A program made the translations under genes and the position numbers. A stretch of 64,000 nucleotides of DNA from an uncultured Rhizobium sp. (GTDB lineage Bacteria > Pseudomonadota > Alphaproteobacteria > Caulobacterales > Hyphomonadaceae). Each line of letters begins with the position of its first letter. Position 1 is the first letter of the stretch. The DNA is taken from NCBI GenBank assembly GCA_964407665.1, contig CAYOWK010000016.1:13288-77287 (forward strand). Reading direction: 5' to 3'. Below, in pieces: positions 63,691-64,000 of the stretch. A model generated the notes under the pieces. The model worked only from the letters and a program-made list of their open reading frames with translations, searched no databases and was not told the origin of the DNA.

Positions 63691-64000
63691 ATGTCGCGCA
63701 GCAGGAAGCTTCTCGGCGGGTGCATCCCGGAGACGACGCCCGCTCCGGCGCCCCAGATGCAGGTGCTGGCCGCCGCCCAGCCGCCCAGCGAGGTCGATCT
63801 GCGTGACATGTGTTCCCCGATCGAGCACCAGTACAACATCGGCAGCTGCACGTCGCAGGCTGTGGTCGCCGCCCTCGAGTACCACCAGCGCCGCCTCTAC
63901 GGGCAGCACACCGATCTCTCGCGCCTCTTCCTGCACTTCAACGCGCGCCGCATGGCGGGCAATGAAGGCAAGGAGATGGGCTCATCCCTGCACCAGTGCC
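63691..64000 (+). CDS. papain-like (C1 family) cysteine peptidase, N-terminal fragment (continues beyond window)
   Basis: IEHQYNIGSCTSQAVVAALEY matches the C1 oxyanion-Gln-x5-catalytic-Cys (Q...GSCW) layout. ORF is open to the window end. Confidence 0.5.
   Translation, partial: MSRSRKLLGGCIPETTPAPAPQMQVLAAAQPPSEVDLRDMCSPIEHQYNIGSCTSQAVVAALEYHQRRLYGQHTDLSRLFLHFNARRMAGNEGKEMGSSLHQC

Overview
This is a high-GC (~65-68%) chromosomal segment of alphaproteobacterial type. It is mostly core metabolism and housekeeping with a few mosaic accessory spots. Reading from the left edge the window holds:

- A three-gene minus-strand operon: HD phosphohydrolase, PTP-like phosphatase and NrtR-like Nudix/wHTH protein.
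- A dihydroorotase-like amidohydrolase with an unusual QxH metal motif.
- A hybrid histidine kinase and tRNA-Leu(TAA).
- A leucine-catabolism (liu) cluster: ivd, MCCase beta and alpha, MaoC-like hydratase and CitE-like lyase. Two low-GC, translationally coupled small-gene pairs, an opposite-strand OMP gene and a 43-bp duplication of the mccB 3' end interrupt it.
- Housekeeping genes: S9 peptidase, fmt, GNAT, truA, metA, tamAB, dapE, dapD, argB, a carboxylesterase, an ABC-2 exporter, engB, yidC, rnpA, rpmH, a sensor kinase with a start-codon/frame problem, GGT, a P1 peptidase, a PQQ dehydrogenase, a TetR/DUF4386 divergent pair with paired palindromic operators, and a PlpD-like patatin type Vd autotransporter.
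- A ~2 kb integrase-bearing mini-element inserted at the 3' end of tRNA-Arg(ACG). It is bounded by a 46-48 bp direct repeat of the tRNA 3' half and carries a single unknown cargo ORF.
- The most unusual locus: an ECF sigma (TIGR02999-like)/Ser-Thr kinase pair followed by a tightly coupled operon. The operon encodes a 3-TM protein, a soluble SPFH/band-7 coiled-coil protein with a C-terminal zinc ribbon, a zinc-ribbon/FHA protein, and a zinc-ribbon Ser/Thr kinase. The kinase's periplasmic tail is a ~95-aa repeat domain that cannot be named from sequence alone and that recurs twice in the next gene, a lipoprotein. A papain-like (C1) peptidase runs off the window end.

No CRISPR arrays or rRNA genes are present. 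Gene starts and coordinates were checked by hand against the sequence where stated. Family names are inferred from motifs I recognise and were not confirmed by database search.
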